This document shows, piece after piece, positions 52,855-62,644 of a DNA stretch of 64,000 nucleotides. This DNA comes from Candidatus Krumholzibacteriota bacterium. GTDB lineage: Bacteria; Krumholzibacteriota; Krumholzibacteriia; JAJRXK01. Both the position numbers and the translations under genes were made by a program. The number at the start of each line of letters is the position of its first letter. Positions within the stretch are counted from its first letter, which is position 1. A model generated the notes under the pieces. The model did no database searches. It was not told where the DNA came from and worked only from the letters and a program-made list of their open reading frames with translations. The stretch lies in the NCBI GenBank assembly GCA_963764625.1, contig CAVXTH010000009.1:416001-480000 (forward strand). The letters run 5' to 3'.

Positions 52855-53877
52855 ATGAACACCGCCGGCGCGACCGCAGAGAAGCTCACCCGCAAGGACT
52901 TCGCCAGCGACCAAGACGTTCGCTGGTGTCCCGGTTGTGGGGACTACTCCATTCTGAGTCAGGTTCAGAAGGTGATGCCCGAGTTGGGCTATCCCAAAGA
53001 GGACATCGTCTTCATCAGCGGAATCGGTTGCTCCAGCCGCTTCCCCTATTACATGGACACCTACGGATTCCACAGCATCCACGGCCGCGCCATCACCCTG
53101 GCCACTGGACTGCGGATCGCGAATCCTGACTTGAGCATCTGGGTGATTACCGGGGACGGCGACGGCCTCTCGATCGGGGGGAATCACTTCCTGCACGGTC
53201 TGCGTCGCAACCTGGACATCAACGTCATCCTCTTCAACAACCGCATCTATGGTCTGACGAAGGGTCAGTACTCGCCGACCTCCGAATACGGCAAGAAGAC
53301 CAAGTCCAGCCCGCAGGGTACGGTGGAGCATCCCATTCGGCCCATTTGCGTGGCGCTGGCGGCCGAGGCGACCTGGGTGGGACGATCCACTGACAGCGAC
53401 ACCAAGCACCTGGCACAGATGATCGAGCTGATGGCCAAGCACGACGGGGTTTCTTTCCTCGAGGTCTATCAGAACTGCATCATCTTCAACGACAAGGCCT
53501 TCGAGGAATACACCGCGAAGGCGGAGCGCGAAGACCACATGATGTACCTACAGCCCGGCGAGCCGATTCGCTTCGGGAAAGACCTTCAGCACGGACTGCG
53601 CCTCAACGGTCTGCGTCCCGAGAAAGTCACCGTGGGCGAGAATGGCGTCACCGAGAAGGACCTCATGGTCCACGACGCCACCAACCCGGCCATGGCCTAC
53701 CTGCTCGCTACTCTGGACTATCCCGACTTTCCGGTTCCCACCGGAGTGTTCCTGGACGTGAAGAGGGACATCTACGAGCAGAGCCTGCAGGCTCAGGTTG
53801 ATACCGCGCAGAAGCGCAAGGGAGCCGGCGACTTGTCCGCTCTGCTGAACGGTCCGAACACCTGGGTGGTCGACTGA
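52855..53877 (+). CDS. korB: 2-oxoacid:ferredoxin oxidoreductase beta subunit
   Basis: WCPGCGD, SGIGCSSR, GDGD and NNRIYGLTKGQYSPT. Confidence 0.94.
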   Translation: MNTAGATAEKLTRKDFASDQDVRWCPGCGDYSILSQVQKVMPELGYPKEDIVFISGIGCSSRFPYYMDTYGFHSIHGRAITLATGLRIANPDLSIWVITGDGDGLSIGGNHFLHGLRRNLDINVILFNNRIYGLTKGQYSPTSEYGKKTKSSPQGTVEHPIRPICVALAAEATWVGRSTDSDTKHLAQMIELMAKHDGVSFLEVYQNCIIFNDKAFEEYTAKAEREDHMMYLQPGEPIRFGKDLQHGLRLNGLRPEKVTVGENGVTEKDLMVHDATNPAMAYLLATLDYPDFPVPTGVFLDVKRDIYEQSLQAQVDTAQKRKGAGDLSALLNGPNTWVVD

Positions 53878-53896
53878 ACGCGAAAGAGAGTTGGGT

Positions 53897-54415
53897 ATGG
53901 ATTGTCCCCTCTGTGGCCACGAAAATCTTCCCGGAGCCGACTCCTGTGAAGTCTGTCACGGCGATTTGGCCGCGGCCGATGTGGAGAATTTTCGAAACCG
54001 TCTGAAAGACGGGGTCCTCGGGGACACGCTCTCTCAGCTGGGAACTCTCAAGCCCGGGGTCATGAGCCCAAGCGGAACCGTCGCGGATGCGCTTCCCTTG
54101 ATGCGCGCGGACCGGCGCGGCAGTGTGCTCATCTGCGATGAAAACGGAGTGGTCGGGATCTTCACCGAACGCGATCTCATCCGCCGGGTGGCGCCCGACG
54201 CCGACCTCACCACCTTGAAGATTTCCGAGGTGATGACCCCTGATCCCTTCACCTACTCCCCGAACGACAACATCGCCTACGCCCTCAACGGCATGACCGC
54301 CTGGGGCAATCGGCACCTTCCCATCTGCGATGAGAACGGAACCCTGACCGGCTTCGTCTCGGTGCGCAAAGTTCTAGGGCACATCAAGGAGCGTTGCGAC
54401 AGCGGCGACTGCTGA
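53897..54415 (+). CDS. Zinc-ribbon plus CBS-pair protein
   Basis: CPLCGHEN...CEVC; GIFTERD, VMTPDP and RHLPI. Confidence 0.85.
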   Translation: MDCPLCGHENLPGADSCEVCHGDLAAADVENFRNRLKDGVLGDTLSQLGTLKPGVMSPSGTVADALPLMRADRRGSVLICDENGVVGIFTERDLIRRVAPDADLTTLKISEVMTPDPFTYSPNDNIAYALNGMTAWGNRHLPICDENGTLTGFVSVRKVLGHIKERCDSGDC

Positions 54416-54673
54416 GGGGACTCGGCGCGAGCACGCAATCCTCTGAAGAGCCTTCTATCCGGGTATTCTGGTCCATCTTGCCTGACCGGCCGCGGCCCGC
54501 GGCAACACAGGACAATTGAGTCTGCTGTAGGACTGTGGACGGCCACAAGCGGGTATGCCATCATCAATCGTCCCTGCGTGCAGATTTGACCATCCCTCGC
54601 TCCCGGGTGGTCGTCGGGCGCCCCCCAGCCAATTGTCCACCAGGCACGAGTGTAAACGTTCGAGGTGACAGGC

Positions 54674-56077
54674 ATGCGTATGCGGTTCTTAGTTCTTCTT
54701 CTCTTTGTTGCGGTCGCCATGCCGCTGCTGGATGGTTGCGGAAGCGACCCGACTGGCCCTGAGAACGGCGGATCGTCCGCGTTCTCGCGTATGATTTTCG
54801 GGAGCGGAACCGACAATACGCTCTCGGGCGACGTCGCCGTGACCTCCGACGGCCTGAGGGTGATGGTAGGGCAGTGCGGCCATTCGCTGCAGATCACCGG
54901 CTCCTCCACGACTTTGGATCCCTCGGGTACTTCGCACTTCTTCGTGGCCGGGTTCAATGCGGATGGTTCGACCTCCTCGGTCACCCTCGTCCCCGGTGCT
55001 GGCACTCCCCCGGAAATCCACGCGATGGTGAGCGACCCGAGCAACAACCTCGTGATCGCGGGGTTTTTCTTTTCCGACATTACCTTTGGATCCATCAACC
55101 TGACCGGCAGCGGCAGCGGGGACGTGTTCGTGGCCAAGTTGGATGCCACCGGTCACCCGATGTGGGCTCAGGGGGGGACGCAGGGAGTGCTCGATGACGA
55201 GGCCACCGACCTCGCGGTAGCTCCGGACGGCTCCATCTATGTCGCCGGTCTTGCCTACGGAGAGATCGGGCTTGCCGGAGTGACAGCGGGAGTTGCCGGA
55301 AAGTACAGTGGTTATCTTGTGAAGCTGGGCGCCAATGGAGATGGTATCTGGCAAAAGACGGCGACTGCGACGTCCCAGTCAACCTGCTGGGGGACGGCCG
55401 TCAGTCAAGACGGCTCAGTGCTCGTGTGTGGGGATTTCGCTGGCTCGAGCGTGACGATCGGTGGAGTGGTCCTGCCCAACGACGGATTGGCCAACGCGTT
55501 CATATCCCGCTTCAGCGCCGGTGGCGCGGGGATGGGCAACATCCGCATCGGTGGGCCAGGTACCGCCGTCGCGCGGCGGGTCGCCACCATAGGCGACGAG
55601 CCCGTCGTCGCGGGCACCTTCACGGGAACCGCTGACTTCGATGTCGACACCTCCGCGGGATCCATGGCTGCGGTGGGGATCGACGTGTTCATCGCGCGTT
55701 ATAGCCGGGCCGGAGAGCTACGTTGGGTGGTGACCCTCGGCGGAGCCGACGACCAGTTCGTCAGCGACTTGGCCCTCACCGACTCCGGCGATATCGTGGT
55801 CTGCGGGACCTTCTCTACCATCCTCACTGCGGGGTCGACGACGCTCAACTCGGTCGGCGCGACCGACGCGTATTTCGCGCGCGTGTCGGCTGACGGCCAG
55901 GTGCGCTCGGCGCAAAGGGTGGGCGGCTCGAACGATGAAACGACTACCGGCATAGCGGTGTCGGGAGCTTCCATCATCGTGGTCGGCAGCAGCAAATCCA
56001 ACGACTTGAGCTTCCCCGACGGATCGCAGCGGCCGCTGGCAGGTGAGATCGATGCCTTCATCTATCAGCAGCCCTAG
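54674..56077 (+). CDS. Lipoprotein with SBBP-like beta-propeller repeats (paralog 1)
   Basis: Lipobox LDGC; repeats of DxFVAK/RxxxxG..W and DGSIYVAG; ends FIYQQP. Confidence 0.8.
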   Translation: MRMRFLVLLLFVAVAMPLLDGCGSDPTGPENGGSSAFSRMIFGSGTDNTLSGDVAVTSDGLRVMVGQCGHSLQITGSSTTLDPSGTSHFFVAGFNADGSTSSVTLVPGAGTPPEIHAMVSDPSNNLVIAGFFFSDITFGSINLTGSGSGDVFVAKLDATGHPMWAQGGTQGVLDDEATDLAVAPDGSIYVAGLAYGEIGLAGVTAGVAGKYSGYLVKLGANGDGIWQKTATATSQSTCWGTAVSQDGSVLVCGDFAGSSVTIGGVVLPNDGLANAFISRFSAGGAGMGNIRIGGPGTAVARRVATIGDEPVVAGTFTGTADFDVDTSAGSMAAVGIDVFIARYSRAGELRWVVTLGGADDQFVSDLALTDSGDIVVCGTFSTILTAGSTTLNSVGATDAYFARVSADGQVRSAQRVGGSNDETTTGIAVSGASIIVVGSSKSNDLSFPDGSQRPLAGEIDAFIYQQP

Positions 56078-56125
56078 GCGGAGAACGCCAAGCCCTGACG
56101 ACCATCAACCTGCGAGGTCCTAGTC

Positions 56126-57523
56126 GTGCGTCCAACCCTCTTTCGTTTACTCGTCGTCGCGCTCTTTGCGTCGTTGGCGCTGAGCGGCTGTGGGAACGGC
56201 TCCACTTCCCCCGAGGATGGCGGACTCGCCGCGTTCGCGAAGCGTATGGGCTGTCGTCCCGACCTCAGCACGACGGCCGATGCCGTGGTCGTGACCTCGG
56301 ACGGGAATCGCATCGTGGTGGGTTCCTTCAGCGGGATGCTCCACCTCGCGGGCTCACCCGATTCATTGTCCGCGGGTGGGACCTCACGTATCTACTTTGC
56401 TGCTTTTGGTCGCGACGGTTCGCTCGCATGGCTCACCTCGGCCGCCGGTGGCGGCGCCCCGAGCATCGCGAACATGACGCGGGATGCGAGCGACAACCTC
56501 CTCCTCGTCGGCACCTACGACGGAAGCATCAATTTCGGCGGGATCACGCTCCCCAACAGCGGCGGTACTAACATCTTTTTCGCCAAGCTCGACAAGGACA
56601 CCCAGCCAATCTGGGTTCTCGGTGCTTCCTCGAGCGGGATGGACGATGGCGAAGACATTGCGGCCGACAGCGACGGCAATGTCTACATCTGCGGGTACGC
56701 CGGCGATGAAATGACAGTGGCGGGGGAGGACGTGGGTGTGCCGGGGCATGTGACGGGCTTCCTCGTGAAGCTGCTCGACAACGGTGGTGGGCGTTGGGGT
56801 GAGACCGCGGCGACGACTGGAGTCTCCAGCTGCCAGGGGGTTGCCGTGAGCGCGGATGGCACGGTCGTGGTGTGTGGAACCTACGCCGAGAATTCGGTGG
56901 ATATCTCCGGCGAGGTCCTCCCCAACGACGGCTACACCGACAGCTTCATCGGACGTTTTGGCGCCGATGGCTCCAGGCTGGGCGCCATTCACCTCGGTGG
57001 CGCCGGCGGCACCACCGTGCGCGCGGTGACGACGCTGGGCAACGACGCCATCGTCACCGGGTTCTTCAACGGAACGGTGGACTTCGATCTCAACACCGCC
57101 GCTGGCAGTGCCACCTCGTCAAGCGCCGACGCATTCGTAGCGTGTTACAGCGAGGCGGGTGAGCTGCTCTGGCTCAAGACCTTCGGACCGGGGGACGATC
57201 AGATTGGGTTGCGACTCGCCCGCATGGATGGAAATCGTATCCTGCTGAGCGGCCAGTTCTCGAGCTCCATCACTCTCGGTTCGAAGACTCTCACGTCCAC
57301 CGGAGAGCAGGACGTGTTCTTCGCCCGTTTGGACGCCGAGGGCAATGTCCTCAGCGTCGGCCAGATCGGCGGCTCCGACACCGAAGAATCCGCGTCTGCA
57401 GCCGTCGACGGTTCGACGGCGGTCGTCGTGGGGCTAAGCTGGTCAGATGAAACAATCTTCCCCAATGGAACCCAGCTGAGCCGCTTCGGCAAGCTCGACG
57501 GCTTCCTTTACCAGCAGCCCTAG
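56126..57523 (+). CDS. Lipoprotein with SBBP-like beta-propeller repeats (paralog 2)
   Basis: Lipobox LSGC; colinear with the previous gene (VTSDG, LPNDG, DFD); ends FLYQQP. Confidence 0.8.
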   Translation: MRPTLFRLLVVALFASLALSGCGNGSTSPEDGGLAAFAKRMGCRPDLSTTADAVVVTSDGNRIVVGSFSGMLHLAGSPDSLSAGGTSRIYFAAFGRDGSLAWLTSAAGGGAPSIANMTRDASDNLLLVGTYDGSINFGGITLPNSGGTNIFFAKLDKDTQPIWVLGASSSGMDDGEDIAADSDGNVYICGYAGDEMTVAGEDVGVPGHVTGFLVKLLDNGGGRWGETAATTGVSSCQGVAVSADGTVVVCGTYAENSVDISGEVLPNDGYTDSFIGRFGADGSRLGAIHLGGAGGTTVRAVTTLGNDAIVTGFFNGTVDFDLNTAAGSATSSSADAFVACYSEAGELLWLKTFGPGDDQIGLRLARMDGNRILLSGQFSSSITLGSKTLTSTGEQDVFFARLDAEGNVLSVGQIGGSDTEESASAAVDGSTAVVVGLSWSDETIFPNGTQLSRFGKLDGFLYQQP

Positions 57524-57533
57524 GAGGTTTGCG

Positions 57534-58013
57534 GTGCGAGTGATCGTAATGGCACTGGCAGTGCTCATGATTCTGGCTTCCGGATGCGGCAGCGACTCCC
57601 CTTCGGGTGTCCAGAACACGACGCCGACCACCTACGAATTGAGCGCGGGGCCGGGCTGGTTTGTCACCTCCCCGGACGTCGACCTTTCCAAGTTCTCCAG
57701 CGTAAGTATCGTCGTGACCTTCAAGAGCAACGCGGCGACCGATTTCACGTTCAGCACTTCACCTCAGTTCCAGCTCTGGACGCATCCCGACGTATACGAT
57801 CTTACTCAGCCGGGAACCGTCACGATCAACGATGAGCCGTCGGGCCAGGCGAGCCCTGGAAGCACGTTCATGTACGATCTGACGGTCGACCTGACCAACA
57901 TACCGCCCAACCAGGTTCACATCGCCCTGCGCCCGACGGAGGACACTACCTACGGTACGCTGGGAACATCAAAGATCTCGGTGTCTTCGTCTGAAGTAAA
58001 GTTCACGCCCTAG
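57534..58013 (+). CDS. Small hypothetical lipoprotein
   Basis: AGGAGG SD; lipobox ASGC; Ser/Thr-rich beta-type sequence. Confidence 0.7.
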   Translation: MRVIVMALAVLMILASGCGSDSPSGVQNTTPTTYELSAGPGWFVTSPDVDLSKFSSVSIVVTFKSNAATDFTFSTSPQFQLWTHPDVYDLTQPGTVTINDEPSGQASPGSTFMYDLTVDLTNIPPNQVHIALRPTEDTTYGTLGTSKISVSSSEVKFTP

Positions 58014-58166
58014 AGCGCATGCCTGGCCGTGACTGCTCGGCCGACAAGCGGGCACCGGCCTTCGAAACGGCTGCCCGATGGAGGTGTATCCTCAGTGTCC
58101 TGCGGTATGATTGACCACACCGAATTCACCGACCGCGGCGCTTCCCGTAACCCGCGAGGTAACACC

Positions 58167-59924
58167 ATGTCGCGACGATCCCCCCTCTGCCTGGTCGTCC
58201 TCGCTGCCGCCGCGGCGCTGGCCGTCGGCTGTGGCGGTGGCAGCCCTACGGCCCCACCGACGCCCCAACCCACCGGCTCCGCCGCGACCTGGCACGCCGA
58301 CCTCTACGGAGGCACCTTCACGTCGATCTGGGGCGCTTCACCCCAGGCCCTCCACGTGGCGACCAGCCAGATGACGCTCTTTTACGACGGCTCTACATGG
58401 CGCGCTTACCCCACAGGCGAAATCAGCTACGTCAACGACCTCTGGGGCACCGCGGCCGACAACGTCTACGCGACCAGCATCACCGGCAACGTCCTCCACT
58501 TCAATGGAACCGTGTGGGACACGTCGACCACGACGACCAAGATCCTCCGCACTGTGTGGGGAACCGGGCCGAACAACGTCTACGTCGGGGGGAGCGACGG
58601 TCTCATCCTCCACTACGACGGATCGAACTGGAGCCCGGAGACCACCGGCGTGAACTGGCAATTCGTGGAGATCTGGGGGACCGGTCCGAACGACATCTTC
58701 GCCCTCAGCCAGGAAGCTCGGGAGACGATGACGTTCACCGGCTCGTTTCTCCACTACAACGGGACTGACTGGGAGACGCGCTCCTTGAGCGGCCCCATGG
58801 GAATCCAGTCGGTATGGGGCTCGGGACCCGGAAAGATTTACATTTCCGACAACCAGGGCACGATCTTCGGCGGCGACGGCACGAACTTCTCAGACCGCAC
58901 GCCTCCCATCGACCAGCCGATCATAGACATTGCCGGACTTCCCTCGGGCGTGCTCTACGGATCTACGTCCACGCAGATCTACACCATGCTGGGGAACGCG
59001 CCCGGCCTTGATCCCGGCGAGACGATCTACGACCTGTGGGCGGCGCCGTGGGGAACGGTGTACGCCGTCGGGCAGGCCGGGACCGTGGTTTCGACCACCG
59101 GGTCCGATTGGAACGTGGTGTACGGTAAGAATCAGAATTATTCGCTGCGGACGGCCTTCGGATCGTCGTTGAACGACGTCTTCGCGCTCGGCGATGCCGG
59201 CGGGTTCCACTACGACGGGAGCAGCTGGACGCCGATGCCAGTACCGGTTCCCATACGGGCCGGCACGGCGACGTCGGCGAGCTTCGCGGTCGTCGTCGGC
59301 GACCTGGGCGCGATCGAGACGTGGGACGGAAGCTCCTGGCACGAGGCGCAGAGTCCCACGACGGTGCGACTCGAGGCAGTCTACGCGGCGTCCTCGAGTA
59401 ATGTGTTCGCCGCGGGAAAGAATGACGTCATCGTCCACTACGACGGCACGCAGTGGTCGCAGATCTATCCACCGAGTGCATCGACCGGCTGGCTCCTCGG
59501 TATCCATGGCTCGGACGCGAACAACGTGTTTGCCTGCGGCACAAACGGCGAGGTGCTCCACTTCGACGGGACAAACTGGACGCCGATGTCGACGCCGATC
59601 TCCACCGCGCTGCAGGCCGTATGGGCGTTTTCCCCGGACAATGCATTCGCGGTCGGCGGGTCCGGCGTCGTGCTGCACTACGACGGCAGCCAATGGCAGG
59701 TGATGCCGATCGGGACGACGGACTATCTGTGGAGTATCTGGGCGAGTGGTCCCAACGACATCTACGTGATGTCGACGAAAGACACGATGTTCCACTACGA
59801 CGGAGAGAAGTGGGCACCTTTCCCCGCTCCGCCGACCGGCCTGGTGAGCCCGATGTGGGGCACGGGCGGCCGTCTCTACGTGGTGGGCGTGGGGTCGACG
59901 GTGATGAGCCTCCGGATCCACTAG
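58167..59924 (+). CDS. Lipoprotein with HYDGxxW / xWGxxxxDxY beta-propeller repeats
   Basis: Lipobox AVGC; about a dozen ~40-aa repeats such as VWGTGPNNVYVGGSDGLILHYDGSNW. Confidence 0.85.
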   Translation: MSRRSPLCLVVLAAAAALAVGCGGGSPTAPPTPQPTGSAATWHADLYGGTFTSIWGASPQALHVATSQMTLFYDGSTWRAYPTGEISYVNDLWGTAADNVYATSITGNVLHFNGTVWDTSTTTTKILRTVWGTGPNNVYVGGSDGLILHYDGSNWSPETTGVNWQFVEIWGTGPNDIFALSQEARETMTFTGSFLHYNGTDWETRSLSGPMGIQSVWGSGPGKIYISDNQGTIFGGDGTNFSDRTPPIDQPIIDIAGLPSGVLYGSTSTQIYTMLGNAPGLDPGETIYDLWAAPWGTVYAVGQAGTVVSTTGSDWNVVYGKNQNYSLRTAFGSSLNDVFALGDAGGFHYDGSSWTPMPVPVPIRAGTATSASFAVVVGDLGAIETWDGSSWHEAQSPTTVRLEAVYAASSSNVFAAGKNDVIVHYDGTQWSQIYPPSASTGWLLGIHGSDANNVFACGTNGEVLHFDGTNWTPMSTPISTALQAVWAFSPDNAFAVGGSGVVLHYDGSQWQVMPIGTTDYLWSIWASGPNDIYVMSTKDTMFHYDGEKWAPFPAPPTGLVSPMWGTGGRLYVVGVGSTVMSLRIH

Positions 59925-59988
59925 CGGCCGGGTGTCCCTACCAGAAACTCCATCCGCATTGCCTAGCATGAACTCACTGCACACAGCC

Positions 59989-60339
59989 ACGGATAGTGGA
60001 TTGTATACGGCGCTTTAGCCGAAAAGCGAGCAACGACCTTCGAAACGGGTGCTCCTTGCGCTGTGTTCTCGGTGCGATGATCACGATGAGGATTGATCGT
60101 CGATCCGCGACTCACCCTACCGCAACTCTGTTCGCCCGACATGCGCCCACCTGAGCGGCTTCCACCTATCCTCGTGCGGGTCGTTGCCGCCGATCCGTGC
60201 CAGGTGTCTGAGAATCCGGTCCACCACCGCTGCTTCGTCGATCACCGACACGATCTTCATGGTTACCCCGCACTGCGGGCAGAGCATGGGGTCCACCTCG
60301 AAGATCCTGCGCAGCAGGCGTGCCCAGCTGCGGCTGCGC
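59989..60339 (+). repeat. 351-bp direct repeat, copy 1 (pairs with 63450-63800)
   Basis: Ungapped manual alignment gives about 14 mismatches in 351 bp. Confidence 0.95.
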
Positions 60340-60368
60340 ATGCCGCAGCTCTCGCAGCACCAGCCGTA
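59989..60368 (-). mobile_element. IS91/ISCR-like (Y2) transposase C-terminal remnant with ori-like end, copy 1
   Basis: Minus strand encodes YGW...RSRSWARLLRRIFEVDPMLCPQCG.TMKIVSVI....VVDRILRHL and ends ...TATACAATCCACTATCCGT. Confidence 0.8.
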
Positions 60369-60393
60369 GGAAGGGCTCGACGGCTTGTGAGTC

Positions 60394-61230
60394 TCAGTCG
60401 AAATGCTTCTTGAGCGCGTCGAGAACCGAGCTCCACGCGTGGTCGAAATAGTCATACACCTCGTTCCACTGGCCGCCCACACCCCAGCCGATCTGTGACA
60501 GGGTGACCGTCACTGTACCGTCCTCGTTCTCCTCGAATGTCATCACTACTTCGGTGCGGTACCCTCGCTCAGCTTCAAACTTGGGTGGAGCGTTCCAGGT
60601 GAACGCCAGCATAGTCTGTGGCAGATACGCCAGTACCCTACAGCCTTCGCCGCCGCGGTCGCCGGAGGCAGCTTCTTGGTTGAAGTACCATTCATACCGG
60701 CCGCCTGGCTTCAGCTCAATTGCGCTGTTGATCCTAAGGAATTGCCTGAGTCCATCGGACGTCGTGAACGACCGCCAGACATCGCCTATAGGAGCGTTGA
60801 CTCTGACAGTCTTGTCGATTCTCTGGTTCGAGATCTGTTCCGGCAGTTTGTCGCGGCCGTGCATGAGCGATGCAACGAACGGATAGAGCTTGTAGGTATG
60901 GACGCCGGCGACGACCGACGGTTCTTTGTCCATGATTTCGCGGGCTCCGGCTTCGTCGGCGACCTGCAGGACAACGACGCCGCCCAGTCCGAAAGCCGGG
61001 CCGGCCAGAAGCATCGTTCCGTCATACATCAGGTTGCGCAAGTAGACGAAGTGCTTCTCAAGAACCGCTTCTTCGTCCGGAGTCATGTTGCTCGGCCAGT
61101 CGGCGCGGGTCCCCTCGAGCAGCACCAGGAATTGTCTCTTCGGCATAGCATCCTCGGCGGCCGCCCGGTGCGGGAGCGCGAACTGCAGCATCAGACCGAG
61201 CAGCATGAGCGATTGTGTTAGTTTCTTCAT
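60394..61230 (-). CDS. Exported YCII-domain / SRPBCC (AHSA1-like) fusion protein
   Basis: Signal peptide (AAA); H..YL..L...G..LLAGP (YCII); VNAPIGDVWRSFTT...LAFTWNAPP...GWG (SRPBCC). Confidence 0.8.
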   Translation of the reverse strand: MKKLTQSLMLLGLMLQFALPHRAAAEDAMPKRQFLVLLEGTRADWPSNMTPDEEAVLEKHFVYLRNLMYDGTMLLAGPAFGLGGVVVLQVADEAGAREIMDKEPSVVAGVHTYKLYPFVASLMHGRDKLPEQISNQRIDKTVRVNAPIGDVWRSFTTSDGLRQFLRINSAIELKPGGRYEWYFNQEAASGDRGGEGCRVLAYLPQTMLAFTWNAPPKFEAERGYRTEVVMTFEENEDGTVTVTLSQIGWGVGGQWNEVYDYFDHAWSSVLDALKKHFD

Positions 61231-61256
61231 TTTCACCGTTCCTGCATTGATGCCTG

Positions 61257-61646
61257 TCACTCCCAGGCGCTCTGCTGTCGCGGCGTGCGCCCGAACTTCT
61301 GCGTGGCGAAACCGAGGAGCAGGCCGACGATGGTGCCGGGGATCATGATCTCAGCGTAGTAGTAGTTCCCCTCGGCGGTCGGCTGCATCGCCACGAGATA
61401 GGCCAGGATGAGTCCGACGGCGCCGCCGAAGAGGATGCCGATCGGGAGCGACGTTACTTTACGGGCAAAGAACCCGGCGGCGAGGCCGACCAGCAGTCCC
61501 TTGATTCCCGAAAAGAACATGATAGATCCGACCATCGACTTCGTTTCGGGATAGAAGAAGCTGGTGGCGCCGTCAATTGCCCCGAGCAGAAGGCCGAGGA
61601 TGATTCCGATCACTGGTTTGGACACGGTAGGTCTCCCTTGGTTCAT
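61257..61646 (-). CDS. Small Gly-rich 4-TM hypothetical membrane protein
   Basis: Four hydrophobic Gly-rich segments; AGGA SD upstream. Confidence 0.7.
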   Translation of the reverse strand: MNQGRPTVSKPVIGIILGLLLGAIDGATSFFYPETKSMVGSIMFFSGIKGLLVGLAAGFFARKVTSLPIGILFGGAVGLILAYLVAMQPTAEGNYYYAEIMIPGTIVGLLLGFATQKFGRTPRQQSAWE

Positions 61647-61699
61647 TGTCCTGCGAGTGTCACCGTTCTATTACACACCGAGACAAATCTCTTTAACTC

Positions 61700-62644
61700 T
61701 CAGCGGAGAAAATACAGAATGACACGCGCCAGGATATAGGCGCACACCAGTAACACAATGAACTTGTTGCGTTTAACGAACCGTAGCGCTCGCTCGAAGA
61801 AATTCTCCGGGTAAGCAAGTACTGTTTGGTTGGCCAGCCACGCCTGGATATCGTCGATCAGCGGCTGGACCGTCGGATAGCGGTCATCCGGATGAGCCGC
61901 GCGACAGGTCGCGATGATCGCCACCAGCGGCCGCGGAATCTTCTTGCCGGACCAATCGACCGGCCGATCGTCCGGATCGGTTGGTGCTCGCCCGGTCAGG
62001 AGATATTGCAGCACACCGCCGAGCGCAAAGATGTCGGCACGGTGATCAATCTGCTCCGCCCCCGCCACCTGCTCCGGCGCCATATAGCCGGGGGAGCCGG
62101 CGACAGTGCTCTCCGCCTCCGGCTCGGTCGTCAGCCGGGCAATCCCCCAATCCATCACCAACAATTCGCCGAACGACCCGACCATGATATTCTCCGGCTT
62201 CAGGTCGCGGTGGATGACGCCGCCCGCATGGGCGAACGCTACCGGTTCGCAGATACGGATAAACAGATCGAGACGGCGTGGGAGCGAACGATCGGGCGTA
62301 CACCACTGGTCGAGCCGTTCTCCCTGCACATGCTTCATCGCATAATAGAAGCGGCCGTCGGGCAGCTCACCCAGATCGTGTACCGGCACAATGCCCGGAT
62401 GCTCGAGGCTGGCGATGATCCGTGCCTCGGCGCGCAGCCGATTCGTCAGGTTGTCCGACATCACCGCGACGGAGATGAGCTTGAGTGCGACTTTGCGCAG
62501 AAGGGCCGTATCCTCGGCTAGCCAGACTGCTCCCATCCCCCCTTCACCCAGCTTTTCGATCAGCCGGTAGCGGGTGTCGGACAAGTCCGGTTGGTCGAGA
62601 AGCAGCCGCAAGTGCCTGAGGTGTTTGTCGGACAGTTCACTCAT
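61700..62644 (-). CDS. Short Ser/Thr protein kinase with C-terminal TM
   Basis: LGEGGMGAV, HRDLKPEN, DWGIA and GSPGYMAPEQ; ATG overlaps the sigma factor 3' end. Confidence 0.9.
   Translation of the reverse strand: MSELSDKHLRHLRLLLDQPDLSDTRYRLIEKLGEGGMGAVWLAEDTALLRKVALKLISVAVMSDNLTNRLRAEARIIASLEHPGIVPVHDLGELPDGRFYYAMKHVQGERLDQWCTPDRSLPRRLDLFIRICEPVAFAHAGGVIHRDLKPENIMVGSFGELLVMDWGIARLTTEPEAESTVAGSPGYMAPEQVAGAEQIDHRADIFALGGVLQYLLTGRAPTDPDDRPVDWSGKKIPRPLVAIIATCRAAHPDDRYPTVQPLIDDIQAWLANQTVLAYPENFFERALRFVKRNKFIVLLVCAYILARVILYFLR

Noticed and set aside
51189-52895. 568-aa minus-strand ORF
   Set aside because: Antisense shadow of korA.
58167-59924. Recurrent CACTACGACGG DNA motif as a DNA repeat array
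   Set aside because: Explained by the HYDG protein repeat of the beta-propeller.
60093-60413. Plus-strand ORF MIVDPRLTL... (also at 63554)
   Set aside because: Antisense to the transposase remnant; it is duplicated only because it lies inside the repeat.
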